Positions 19,426 through 27,606 of a stretch of DNA of 32,000 nt are shown here, piece after piece. The position numbers and the translations under genes are program-made. Under the pieces are notes generated by a model. It had not been told where the DNA came from. It did no database searches and saw nothing but the letters and a program-made list of their open reading frames with translations. The number at the start of each line of letters is the position of its first letter. The stretch's first letter is position 1. The stretch is from assembly GCF_035285525.1 (NCBI RefSeq), contig NZ_JAYKGW010000186.1:20671-52670 (forward strand), in the 5' to 3' direction. Origin of the DNA: Okeania sp. (lineage in GTDB: Bacteria; Cyanobacteriota; Cyanobacteriia; Cyanobacteriales; Microcoleaceae).

Positions 19426-19674
19426 TCATATAAGAAAAAACATCATCAAAAATAACACTTGTATCACCAAAATTATTGTGTAAGTTCGCTTAAATGCACC
19501 GTCATATTTTTTATAATTTATATATGACATTGCAAGTCCAGTACCATAAGAACCTCCAATTATCGTATAAAAACGTAAAATATATTCTGGAATATCAAAA
19601 ATAGAATAGTTATCGAAATAACACATAACAAAAGTTACCGTATTAATATAAAAATAATAGATAAATATTGCCAT
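19426..19674 (-). CDS. DUF1294-like small membrane protein
   Basis: MAIFIYYFYINTVTFVMCYFDNYSIFDIPEYILRFYTIIGGSYGTGLAMSYINYKKYDGAFKR follows the DUF1294 layout (TM, D-x..., GG.xG, basic patch, TM), though it is divergent. Confidence 0.55.
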   Translation of the reverse strand: MAIFIYYFYINTVTFVMCYFDNYSIFDIPEYILRFYTIIGGSYGTGLAMSYINYKKYDGAFKRTYTIILVIQVLFLMMFFLI

Positions 19675-20138
19675 GTGAAGCATAAAAAAACATCAGCAGT
19701 TTTTTCTTGGTAAAAAGAACTGTAAATACCTGTAAAACAACACATCATCAAAATTAGAGGTATATGTGTAACTATAGCCCAAAAAAATCTGCTATTTCTT
19801 GTGTTTTTATTTTGCCCTAGAATATAAAAAAATCTGATTATGCTAACAAAAATTATTCCAATTATAATCCTTTGAGAAAATATTTGAGGGCTATCCCCCA
19901 ACAAATCAAGAATTGAAGGATTTCTTGAATTTAGTGGTGTTAATAATAGAAATGGCACAAAATAAGATATTACACATAAAAGTACTGTTCCGATAACTGC
20001 TTTTATTAGATTTATTGCTGAGTAGAAGAAAAAATAAACCAGGTATAATGAGAAAATAATTAATGAAATAAAGAACAAATTTTCTGAAAGACTTATAATG
20101 CTACTGGGAAATGTAGCTACGATGTCAGGAGATTGCAT
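19635..20138 (-). CDS. Hypothetical polytopic membrane protein
   Basis: 167-aa ORF with 4-5 hydrophobic segments. It overlaps both neighbouring ORFs and may be part of a longer frameshifted gene. Confidence 0.45.
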   Translation of the reverse strand: MQSPDIVATFPSSIISLSENLFFISLIIFSLYLVYFFFYSAINLIKAVIGTVLLCVISYFVPFLLLTPLNSRNPSILDLLGDSPQIFSQRIIIGIIFVSIIRFFYILGQNKNTRNSRFFWAIVTHIPLILMMCCFTGIYSSFYQEKTADVFLCFTWQYLSIIFILIR

Positions 20139-20385
20139 AAATACATAAATAAACCCTGTTAGAATATAAACAAATAAAATGATGAAAAAAAGCTTTTACT
20201 TGCCAAGTTATCGTTAACGTTATTCTTTCCCAAATTTCCCCTATCGTCAGGTTTCTTGAAGATATTTTTCTATCTTCTGCTATTTTATTTAATCTATTTA
20301 TTCTTTCTTGTTCTCGCCTTTTTTTCTTGTTCTCGCTTTTGCTCTTGCCTTTTTTGTTCTCGCTTTTCTTCTTGCTTTTCTTCAT
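20125..20385 (-). CDS. Hypothetical K/E-rich ORF (may be the continuation of the 20294..20615 reading frame)
   Basis: Track ORF of 86 aa. It overlaps out of frame with an upstream start-less open frame. Confidence 0.3.
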   Translation of the reverse strand: MKKSKKKSENKKGKSKSENKKKRREQERINRLNKIAEDRKISSRNLTIGEIWERITLTITWQVKAFFHHFICLYSNRVYLCIYAIS

Positions 20386-20615
20386 CTTTTTTAATTTCAG
20401 CTTCTTTTCTGTGAATTTTTAAATCAACCTGATGAAGTCGTCCTTTCCAATGGTTTATTTCTTGCTCTATTTCATAATTTTTTTCAGGAGAATTTTCATT
20501 AATAGCAAATGGTGGATTTCTTTTACATTCTAAATGCCATATATCATTTTCTATTTGTTTTTTTTTCAGAAATAAGTGAAGAAAACTCAGATTCTAATTT
20601 TTGCAAGTTATTCAT
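20294..20615 (-). pseudogene. K/E-rich coiled-coil-like ORF interrupted at an A9 (T9 on plus) homopolymer
   Basis: The ATG at 20615 gives MNNLQKLESEFSSLISEKK and stops 4 codons after the run at 20558-20566. The +1 frame is then open without any start codon for about 85 codons (QIENDIWHLECKRNPPFAINENSPEKNYEIEQEINHWKGRLHQVDLKIHRKEAEIKKDEEKQEEKREQKRQEQKREQEKK...). Confidence 0.4.
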
Positions 20616-20839
20616 TTTGGTTTTCGTATTTTGCGTGCGACAAATATATAATATTTACGAGCTATTATTTTAATGTTTAAATATTTATGGTTGAATGGAA
20701 TTTAACAAATACTTTACTATTTTAGTACCAGTTTAATAGCAAATTGCTAAGGCGATCGCTCATACCTTACTAAAAACTATGGAACTTTATTGATAACTTA
20801 TAAATAATAATTAATTTTATTTTTGATTTTGGGAAAAGT

Positions 20840-21263
20840 CTAATCTAAAGCAGGATGCCAAACAACATATACCCAAGGTTTTCTAGCAGCAACTATAACT
20901 AGATTATTAGTTCTTAAAGCTGTAACTCTAGCTCTGGAAACAGCAGTTATACCTTCATTTTTTTCCATCAGAACTCCATTTAAAATGATGCGACCATTCT
21001 TGTTGACGTGGATTAAATAAAGATACTTTTTCCCCAGTCAAAGGATCGATACATTCAATCGTATTACCTTTAAATTCATTGCAGCTTTGACAAGCTAAAC
21101 AAACATTTTCAAAGTTGGTTTCTCCACCTTTTGAAAGAGGATAAATATGGTCGTATGTCATACGAATACCACTATTTATTTCACTGGTTAAACAATAACA
21201 GCAAGAGTGGCGATCGCTTTCTGCTATCTGAAGTCGTAGAGTTTGAGAAATGTAAGAAGACAT
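20840..21263 (-). pseudogene. HNH endonuclease, frameshifted in an A7 run (or a homopolymer sequencing error)
   Basis: The HNH core is CCYCLTSEINSGIRMTYDHIYPLSKGGETNFENVCLACQSCNEFKG. The frame stops at 20955. Removing one A from the run at 20958-20964 continues it as NEGITAVSRARVTALRTNNLVIVAARKPWVYVVWHPALD*, the usual C-terminus of this cyanobacterial HNH family. Confidence 0.8.
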
Positions 21264-21451
21264 AATTCTTGATTTTTCGTTAATTAATTAAGACGCTAAA
21301 CTTTATATCTCCGCCAGTGAAGTAAAGCTACTGCCTGGGCTTTTTTTTAAAATAAATAAATCTGCTTCCTGTCTCATTTTCTTAATTCTAATTGTTCATT
21401 TTATGTTAATCATCTACTATAATTAGCCTCAAGTAAACTATTATATTTTTT

Positions 21452-21691
21452 TCATTTATACGTCTGTTTTTGAATGTAAATAATCCGCCATAAACTATCA
21501 TCATCTAGTCTATATAATCCAGCAATATCTACTAAAAATTACTCTGCAATATCCTCATTAATAGTAGTATTTTCTACTTTAAAAGTAGGAATTACTATAT
21601 CTTCCACAGAAGATTTCATTCCTATGGCAGTGTTAACTAAACGTTGATAAATTGCTTCTGGAATTTCTAAAGTAACTGTTTGTGTTTGCAT
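21452..21691 (-). pseudogene. Remnant of a small antitoxin-like gene with an in-frame TAA
   Basis: MQTQTVTLEIPEAIYQRLVNTAIGMKSSVEDIVIPTFKVENTTINEDIAE*FLVDIAGLYRLDDDSLWRI... resembles N-termini of small cyanobacterial proteins (MQT.T..LP..IYQRL...LDD..LW). The family name is uncertain. Confidence 0.3.
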
Positions 21692-21805
21692 ATTTTTTAG
21701 TCAGAAATTATCTTTTTTATTAACTAATGGTACAATATTAAATCTGATAATATTAATCCAGTAAAATTTGTAGTAGACTGTTTCATCTAAAACTGTGCAT
21801 TAGAT

Positions 21806-21909
21806 TGTCTCCCTTGTCTCCCTTGTCTTGCTTCTTGCTTCTTGCTTCTTCCTTCTATCATCGGCAATTTTATTCTCCTTGTTCCCTGTTCCCTGTTCCC
21901 TGTTCCCTG
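21806..21909. repeat. Cluster of short tandem repeats (CTCCCTTGT x2, CTTGCTT x3, GTTCCCT x4)
   Basis: Read directly: tgtctcccttgtctcccttgtcttgcttcttgcttcttgcttc ... gttccctgttccctgttccctgttccctg. Confidence 0.85.
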
Positions 21910-21943
21910 CGCGCAGCGCTATAATACAAAAAAAACTAATTTA

Positions 21944-22630
21944 ATGATGAGAGAAACTTCACTTAATATTATTGCCATTGGTATTTTTGTTCTGACCATG
22001 TTTAGTCTACTTGGACCAATGTTTAATGTATCTCCAGTAATACCAGCGATCGCTACTTTTTCTATCCTGGTATTAGCAACTATAGATGTTTTGGGATGGC
22101 AAGGACAGGGAGGTACAATTATTGTAGATTTAGTAGAAGGAACATCTTCAGAAAGACGGGAGCGGATCGTTCGTCACGAAGCAGGACATTTTTTAGTAGC
22201 TTATTTGTTAGAAATTCCTATTAGTGGTTATGCTTTGAGTGCATGGGAAGCATTTCGCCAAGGACAGTCAGCTCAAGGGGGAGTTAGGTTCGAGGACGAA
22301 AAGTTAGCTGCTCAATTAAATAAAGGTATGATTTCCGAGGAACTCTTGAACAAATATTTTACTGTCTGGATGGCAGGTATGGCAGCAGAAGATTTTGTTT
22401 ATGGTAACTCTCAAGGTGGAGCAGAAGATAGAACTAAAATTACAGCAGTTTTGACACAATTAAAACGTCCTGGACAATCTAAAATTAAGCAAAGTTGGGC
22501 ATCTGCCCAAGCTCGTACTTTACTAGAAAATAATCATTCTGCTTATGAAGCTTTAGTGAAAGCAATGACAGAAAGAGCGTCTGTTTCTGATTGCTATCAA
22601 GTTATTCAGAATACAGGGAGTGAAGAGTAG
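21944..22630 (+). CDS. Membrane protein with an FtsH-peptidase-like HEAGH zinc-metalloprotease motif
   Basis: The ATG at 21944 is the likely start, because the track ORF's first 34 codons run through the tandem repeats. Two TM segments are followed by RERIVRHEAGHFLVAYLL and GGAEDR, which resemble the M41 protease domain without the AAA module. Confidence 0.75.
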   Translation: MMRETSLNIIAIGIFVLTMFSLLGPMFNVSPVIPAIATFSILVLATIDVLGWQGQGGTIIVDLVEGTSSERRERIVRHEAGHFLVAYLLEIPISGYALSAWEAFRQGQSAQGGVRFEDEKLAAQLNKGMISEELLNKYFTVWMAGMAAEDFVYGNSQGGAEDRTKITAVLTQLKRPGQSKIKQSWASAQARTLLENNHSAYEALVKAMTERASVSDCYQVIQNTGSEE

Positions 22631-22768
22631 AGAATAGGGGGGCAGAGAGAGGTGTGCTGCACATCTAACTAAAAATGTAGGTTCGGTTGTAGCTTACTTC
22701 TGTCTGACAGTACGACACTGAAATAAAAAAACTTTTGTTGAGGCGATCGCTTCTTCAACTTCATCAAA

Positions 22769-23185
22769 TTAATCTTTTTCAGATGCTATTATTTCTAATA
22801 AACAACTATAGAAAATTTGAAAACTTTTTGAGGTATTTTCCGTAGAGTTCATATATGGTGAAATATCTCTAGCAGCTCTCAATTTTTCTAATCCTTCTTG
22901 ATGATAACCTTTTCTTTGAAGCACCTCTTGTAAAGCTTCCCAAGTACCACCTTTAATGTTATCTGGGTCAAGATATTTAGATTTTTTATCGAGACTTTTA
23001 GGTACTTTAGGATAAGCTTTAGTCAAAGCTAGAATATCTCCAAAAAACCAAGCTTCTAATTCTTAAATCATAATTTTATTGATTAATTGATATTTCTTTT
23101 TAGCTTTACTTTTTGCCAGAGTTTTTGTCATAAATCCAGCTTCTATAGCAATTTCTTCTAAGTCTTTCTTTAATTTTTTACACCT
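22769..23185 (-). pseudogene. DUF4276 C-terminal fragment (5'-deleted, in-frame TAA at 23063-23065)
   Basis: ...KKLKKDLEEIAIEAGFMTKTLAKSKAKKKYQLINKIMI*ELEAWFFGDILALTKAYPKV...SFQIFYSCLLEIIASEKD is paralogous to 28377..28800. Confidence 0.8.
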
Positions 23186-23247
23186 ACTTCCAGCATTTTA
23201 TAACACTCATCTACAGTAAATAATCGTCGCGATAATTGTACAGACAC
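23183..23247 (-). pseudogene. 5' fragment (about 22 codons) of a Uma2-family gene fused to the DUF4276 fragment
   Basis: It reads VSVQLSRRLFTVDECYKMLEVG. The 53 bp upstream of it (23248-23300) are nearly identical to 24098-24150, upstream of the full Uma2 gene. Confidence 0.65.
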
Positions 23248-23320
23248 TATTAACTCCTTGAGAATAATTACATGAATTTGTTGAGTGTGAAAAATTATAT
23301 TTATTCTAAATATTCTAATT

Positions 23321-23356
23321 AAAAATTTCTGTTAATCTCCCAATATTTCATCAACA
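23321..23356 (-). pseudogene. Isolated 3'-terminal fragment of a Uma2 gene
   Basis: 34 of these 36 nt (23323-23356, aaatttctgttaatctcccaatatttcatcaaca) are identical to 23525-23558, which covers the stop and last codons of the gene at 23534..24097. Confidence 0.7.
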
Positions 23357-23457
23357 AGCGTAGGCCATTGTTGTTCCCGTTAGGGTTGCGCAGCATGGAA
23401 CCGAAACCCAACACAACACCAACAATAGTAAGCTTTTGTTGGGTTGAACGATATACA

Positions 23458-23514
23458 GGATTTTATTTGAAATTATGGTTACAAAATAGAATAAATTTAT
23501 ATAGTATTTAGTAA
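23458..23514 (+). pseudogene. 3'-terminal fragment paralogous to the restriction-endonuclease gene end at 28237-28293
   Basis: GFYLKLWLQNRINLYSI* compares with GFDLKVWLQNRRHLYSIQ*. The adjoining nucleotides tggttacaaaatagaa..atttatatagtatt are shared. Confidence 0.55.
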
Positions 23515-23533
23515 TTCATGTCGAAAATTTCTG

Positions 23534-24097
23534 TTAATCTCCCAATATTTCATCAACAGTAAAAGTCACATTAGGGAAAACTTGAATAGTCATAGTTTCA
23601 CCCTTTTTAAAAGTCTGCATATTCTCATAACCATTTCCTTTAGGTTGTCGATAAACTTCCAGACATTTTTCATTCAGATTTACCAACCAAACTTCCACAA
23701 TATTATTCTCAGCATATAAAGGAACTTTTACTTCTCTGTCATATTTAATTGTTGTATCTGACACCTCTATAAGGAGAAATACATTTTCTGGTTGAGGTTG
23801 TTGAGTCCGATAAAAATCTGGTCGTCGTTGCAGCAAACTTATATCTGGTTGTGGTTCAGAAGTATTATTCAATCTTACAGAATCTTGAATTCCCACAGTA
23901 ACAGTCTGTGCTAAACGCAAAATGAAAAGTTCGGCAAGACATTTCACACAAGCTGAGTGATGAATACCCATAGGGGACATTTTGACAATTTCTCCTCTAA
24001 TTAGTTCTACTCGTTCGTTTTCAGTAAATACTCCTGCATCCAGAATTTTATTATACTGATCTACAGTGAATAGTTTTCGTGATAATTGTACAACCAT
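23534..24097 (-). CDS. Uma2-family (DUF820) PD-(D/E)xK endonuclease
   Basis: 187 aa with the typical pattern (LIRGEIVKMSP, EPQPDISLL, FLLIEVSDTT..YDREVKVPLYAENNIVEVWLVNL). Confidence 0.9.
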   Translation of the reverse strand: MVVQLSRKLFTVDQYNKILDAGVFTENERVELIRGEIVKMSPMGIHHSACVKCLAELFILRLAQTVTVGIQDSVRLNNTSEPQPDISLLQRRPDFYRTQQPQPENVFLLIEVSDTTIKYDREVKVPLYAENNIVEVWLVNLNEKCLEVYRQPKGNGYENMQTFKKGETMTIQVFPNVTFTVDEILGD

Positions 24098-24103
24098 TAT
24101 TAA

Positions 24104-24109
24104 CTCCTT
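24104..24109 (-). promoter_or_regulatory. Shine-Dalgarno AAGGAG, 6 nt upstream of the Uma2 ATG
   Basis: The minus strand reads aaggagttaataATG. Confidence 0.5.
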
Positions 24110-24312
24110 GAGAATAATTACATGAATTTGTTGAGTGTGAAAATTTATATTTATTCTAATCGTAACACAGCCTAGAAGGCTGTAACAAGCAAGATGCTTG
24201 TGTTACTATTAATAATGTAAAACTTAGTTTTTTTTTAAGTTGATAAAATTATTGTAAGTAGTTAGCTCTCATCTTTCTTCTAGGTGAATGCTGACAGCTA
24301 AATGCTTACAAA

Positions 24313-25866
24313 TTATTCAACATAATCTCCTCCTGAACCATATTTCCATTGTTCCATTAAACGACGATAAAAATATCTCTGTTCTTCTGACATTTTTGCT
24401 ATCAAATTTTCCATTTTTCCCCCTACAGGATATAACAAACTATAAACTCCTAAATTAACATAATGTTTCATCCAGTCTAATAAATTTCCTACTCCAACTT
24501 GAGGGATAATTTTTATTACTAAACCTGGTTGTTTTAAGGAAGTAACAAATAAAGTTTTTGCCAAAGCAGGAAACTTTACGACATCTTGTAAAAAAGGTTT
24601 CAAAACAGGTTCACCTAACTGTTCCATTACCTGAAAAACACCTGCTAATAATTGATTAATTTGCTCTGATGCAACTTTTTGATTTACCCCTATACTCATA
24701 GAACGTTGAAATAACCAAGTAACTGATACATTAGGTTGATAAGGTTGTAAAAGTGTCAAAGATTTTAATGATAAATTATCAGTTTGCAAAGCTTCATCAA
24801 TACCCAAAGTTAGACGTGGCAAATGACGTACCATAGCTCCAAAACCGCCAAAACTCAGAGGTGACTGACTGCCACTACTATCGCCCACTGGCAAAATACG
24901 ATTCCAAGGAGTTTGCAGAGGACTTTGACGATAACAAGGAAAGAATCCAAATAAAGCACGTTGGAATGTAAGTTGACTAAGTTCGACTTTTTGATATTCT
25001 GGTAATAAACGTAGATATTCTTCAAAGAAAAATTCTAAGGAAAATCTATCTGGATGAGCATCTAAATAAGTAAATAAATAAGTAGTGCGCCCGTCTCTGG
25101 CAGGAAATGCTTCCCAAAAATATTGACATTGATTTTCTATCGGAGTAAAGGAAGCAAAAATATCTCCCGTATCATTTTTCGGATATCCAGTCGCACAAGT
25201 ACCAACTACTAAACAGACAGCATCAGGTTTTTTGCCTTTCCTTGCTTGTTGCACAATAGGAGAAGAATGCCCCATGGCATCCAGGAGTAGTCGAGTTTTG
25301 AACGATCGCCCATTGCTAGTCTGGATATTGACTCCATCTGGATGAATGGTTGCTGTTTGATAAGCTGTATTTTCAAATAGTTGACCTCCTACTTCTAAAA
25401 ATCGTTGTTTCAGAGTTTCCAATAAATAAACAGGATCGACTCCAATATTGAGAACGTCTTTTACCCAGATGTCAGGAGTATTGGGAAAACTGATGCGAGC
25501 GGGGTTATATTCAGTAGCGATCGCTTTTTTTAGTTCTTCTGAAGAGAGGAGATTTAATTCTACAAATGTTTCTATTTCTTTGCGGGAAATATTCCATTCT
25601 TGGATTCTACCTTTGAGAATGCCTCTTTCTAAAAGGGCAACGCGCCAACCTTTTTTTGCCAAAGTAGCACCAATTAAAATACCTAAAGTTCCTCCGCAAA
25701 TTATTACATCCCAGTCAGAAGTTTCTAATAATTTAGATTCAGTTTTAACAGTAGTAGGAATAGGTATATTTTCGGCTCGAAGTTTTTGCCAAATTTTATC
25801 GACTCGTCGTAGAGTTTCTAAAGGGTTTCCGGGAATTTGAGAAAGAATTTGTTCTGTTAAAGACAT
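24313..25866 (-). CDS. FAD-dependent oxidoreductase, CruA/CruP (lycopene-cyclase-like) family
   Basis: The dinucleotide-binding motif is WDVIICGGTLGILIGATLAKKGWRVALLERG. The size and the conserved middle region (DAMGHSSP, GDSSG) resemble the cyanobacterial CruP/CruA family as I recall it. Confidence 0.6.
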   Translation of the reverse strand: MSLTEQILSQIPGNPLETLRRVDKIWQKLRAENIPIPTTVKTESKLLETSDWDVIICGGTLGILIGATLAKKGWRVALLERGILKGRIQEWNISRKEIETFVELNLLSSEELKKAIATEYNPARISFPNTPDIWVKDVLNIGVDPVYLLETLKQRFLEVGGQLFENTAYQTATIHPDGVNIQTSNGRSFKTRLLLDAMGHSSPIVQQARKGKKPDAVCLVVGTCATGYPKNDTGDIFASFTPIENQCQYFWEAFPARDGRTTYLFTYLDAHPDRFSLEFFFEEYLRLLPEYQKVELSQLTFQRALFGFFPCYRQSPLQTPWNRILPVGDSSGSQSPLSFGGFGAMVRHLPRLTLGIDEALQTDNLSLKSLTLLQPYQPNVSVTWLFQRSMSIGVNQKVASEQINQLLAGVFQVMEQLGEPVLKPFLQDVVKFPALAKTLFVTSLKQPGLVIKIIPQVGVGNLLDWMKHYVNLGVYSLLYPVGGKMENLIAKMSEEQRYFYRRLMEQWKYGSGGDYVE

Positions 25867-26066
25867 AATTTTTTTTATTATTAATAATATTAGTTATTAA
25901 ACTTGGTTGTATTTATGTACTTAGCATTTTATCATTTATATCAAGTCTTGTTAATAGAACTTACCGACAATAAATTTCGTGGATCAACCTATTTTATGTG
26001 TAAGTCCTAATTAATCAACTATAATAAAAATAATATTCTATTTATGGAGAATATTTTTTTGAGATA

Positions 26067-26084
26067 CTGATAACTGATAACTGA
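26067..26084. repeat. STRR-like heptamer repeat in the divergent intergenic region
   Basis: The sequence ctgataactgataactga is present. Confidence 0.8.
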
Positions 26085-26116
26085 AATAACCTTGGTTCTC
26101 TACTAGCTAGTTTTTT

Positions 26117-27448
26117 ATGATAAATCAACTCGAACAAAAGCAAAATTTATATTTACATATAGACGGAGATATACCTCAAGGTTTAAAGAAAGGTACTTTA
26201 ATTTCATTACAGAGAAGTACCCCAATGAAAATTTATAACTTAGGGTTTCAACCAGCAAAATCAATACCAGAAATACCTCGTTGGTTTCTGCAAAAATATG
26301 CCTCTTTTCCATTTAAAGTTTTAGAACCTTTTGCCGGATCTGGAACCACAATCATAGAATCAATTAAATCTGGAATATCAATTGATTGGCTAGATTATCA
26401 TCCACTGAGTCGTTTAATTTGCCAAGTTAAAACAACTATATTTTCAGTAACCGAAGTTAAAGAGGAAATAAATAAAATCCTTCAGAGTGCTTATAACCAT
26501 CAAAAAGCACCAGAAACTATAGACTTTGCCAATAAAGATTTTTGGTTTCAACAGGGAGTACAAGAAGGTTTAGAAATCCTCAGATATTATATTTTAAATT
26601 CTCCCAAAACTATAGAACCTATTCTGTGGTTAGCATTCGCTTCTACTGTCAGAAAAACATCAAATATGAACGATGGAATGTTACTAGCAGCTAGGCGATC
26701 GCATATTAAAGAAATACCAAATTTATCTAGTTCAGATGTGTTTAAATATTTTGAATTTTATGGCAATAAAGCAATAGATGCAGTTATTGAATGGCATCCT
26801 TTTATTAAGAGAAATATTTCTCTAGTAAAACAATTAGCTATAGCAGATGCTAGAAAAATTACAGGAGATAAATATGATGCAATAATTACCTCTCCACCTT
26901 ATATAAATGCCATAGATTATGTGTGGGCTTCAAAATTTGAACTGCACTGGTTAGGTATGGTAAAAAGTAATCAAGAGAGACTTAATTTATATTCTCAAGA
27001 AATAGGTACAGAAAGAATACCCAAACAAGAATGTAAAGAGCTTGGTAAAACTGGTTATGAATATCTCGATAAGTTAATAGAAGATATTTTCTTTGGTAAA
27101 AAGTATCAAGCTTCTCAAGGACAAAATCAACTTAGAGCAAGAGTTGTATACAAATATTTTATGGATATGCAGCAACATTTTAAAAGCTGTTTTTCCTGTT
27201 TGAAACCGGGAGGATATTATTGTTTTTCCATCGGCGATTTGAGTAAAATTTGTGGAGTTGATATTCCAGTTGCCAGTATTTTAACAGAAATTGCTTGTGA
27301 TGTTGGTTTTCAGGAAGAATTTCATTTTCATTTATTGTTGAAAAACCGCAAATTGAATATTCCTAGAAATGTAAATTGGGCAAGTACAATCAAACATGAT
27401 ACGATAGTTGTTTTAGAAAAACCTCTTTCATTAATGGATAATGGATAA
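26117..27448 (+). CDS. Amino-DNA methyltransferase (N6-adenine or N4-cytosine), motif order I then IV
   Basis: The AdoMet motif LEPFAGSGTTIIES is at aa 69-82 and the catalytic motif IITSPPYINAIDY is at aa 256-268. The roughly 185-aa spacing suggests alpha-class architecture. Confidence 0.88.
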   Translation: MINQLEQKQNLYLHIDGDIPQGLKKGTLISLQRSTPMKIYNLGFQPAKSIPEIPRWFLQKYASFPFKVLEPFAGSGTTIIESIKSGISIDWLDYHPLSRLICQVKTTIFSVTEVKEEINKILQSAYNHQKAPETIDFANKDFWFQQGVQEGLEILRYYILNSPKTIEPILWLAFASTVRKTSNMNDGMLLAARRSHIKEIPNLSSSDVFKYFEFYGNKAIDAVIEWHPFIKRNISLVKQLAIADARKITGDKYDAIITSPPYINAIDYVWASKFELHWLGMVKSNQERLNLYSQEIGTERIPKQECKELGKTGYEYLDKLIEDIFFGKKYQASQGQNQLRARVVYKYFMDMQQHFKSCFSCLKPGGYYCFSIGDLSKICGVDIPVASILTEIACDVGFQEEFHFHLLLKNRKLNIPRNVNWASTIKHDTIVVLEKPLSLMDNG

Positions 27449-27606
27449 TTGATAATTGCCTATCTCTAAAAAGGATAAAATTGACTAAAAGGAAAAAAAA
27501 ATAAATTTTTTCCCATTGACAAGGAGAGGCTGTTAATTTGACTTAATTAATAAAGCCTTTATCTAAAACTAAAATAAATAGCTGATGGCTAAATGCTTAC
27601 TGCTGA

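Noticed and set aside
21920-21925. TATAAT hexamer upstream of the metalloprotease-like gene as a promoter -10 element
   Set aside because: It lies only about 19 nt from the ATG with no recognisable -35. TATAAT-like hexamers are frequent by chance in this AT-rich DNA.
21842-21943. N-terminal 34-codon extension of the metalloprotease-like ORF
   Set aside because: The extension starts at a non-ATG codon and is translated from the tandem repeats (CTTGCTT, GTTCCCT). The ATG at 21944 precedes the first TM segment.
25448-25840. Plus-strand 130-aa ORF
   Set aside because: It is antisense to the FAD-oxidoreductase gene, which carries the dinucleotide-binding motif.
26115-26312. Minus-strand 65-aa ORF
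   Set aside because: It is antisense to the 5' end of the methyltransferase gene.
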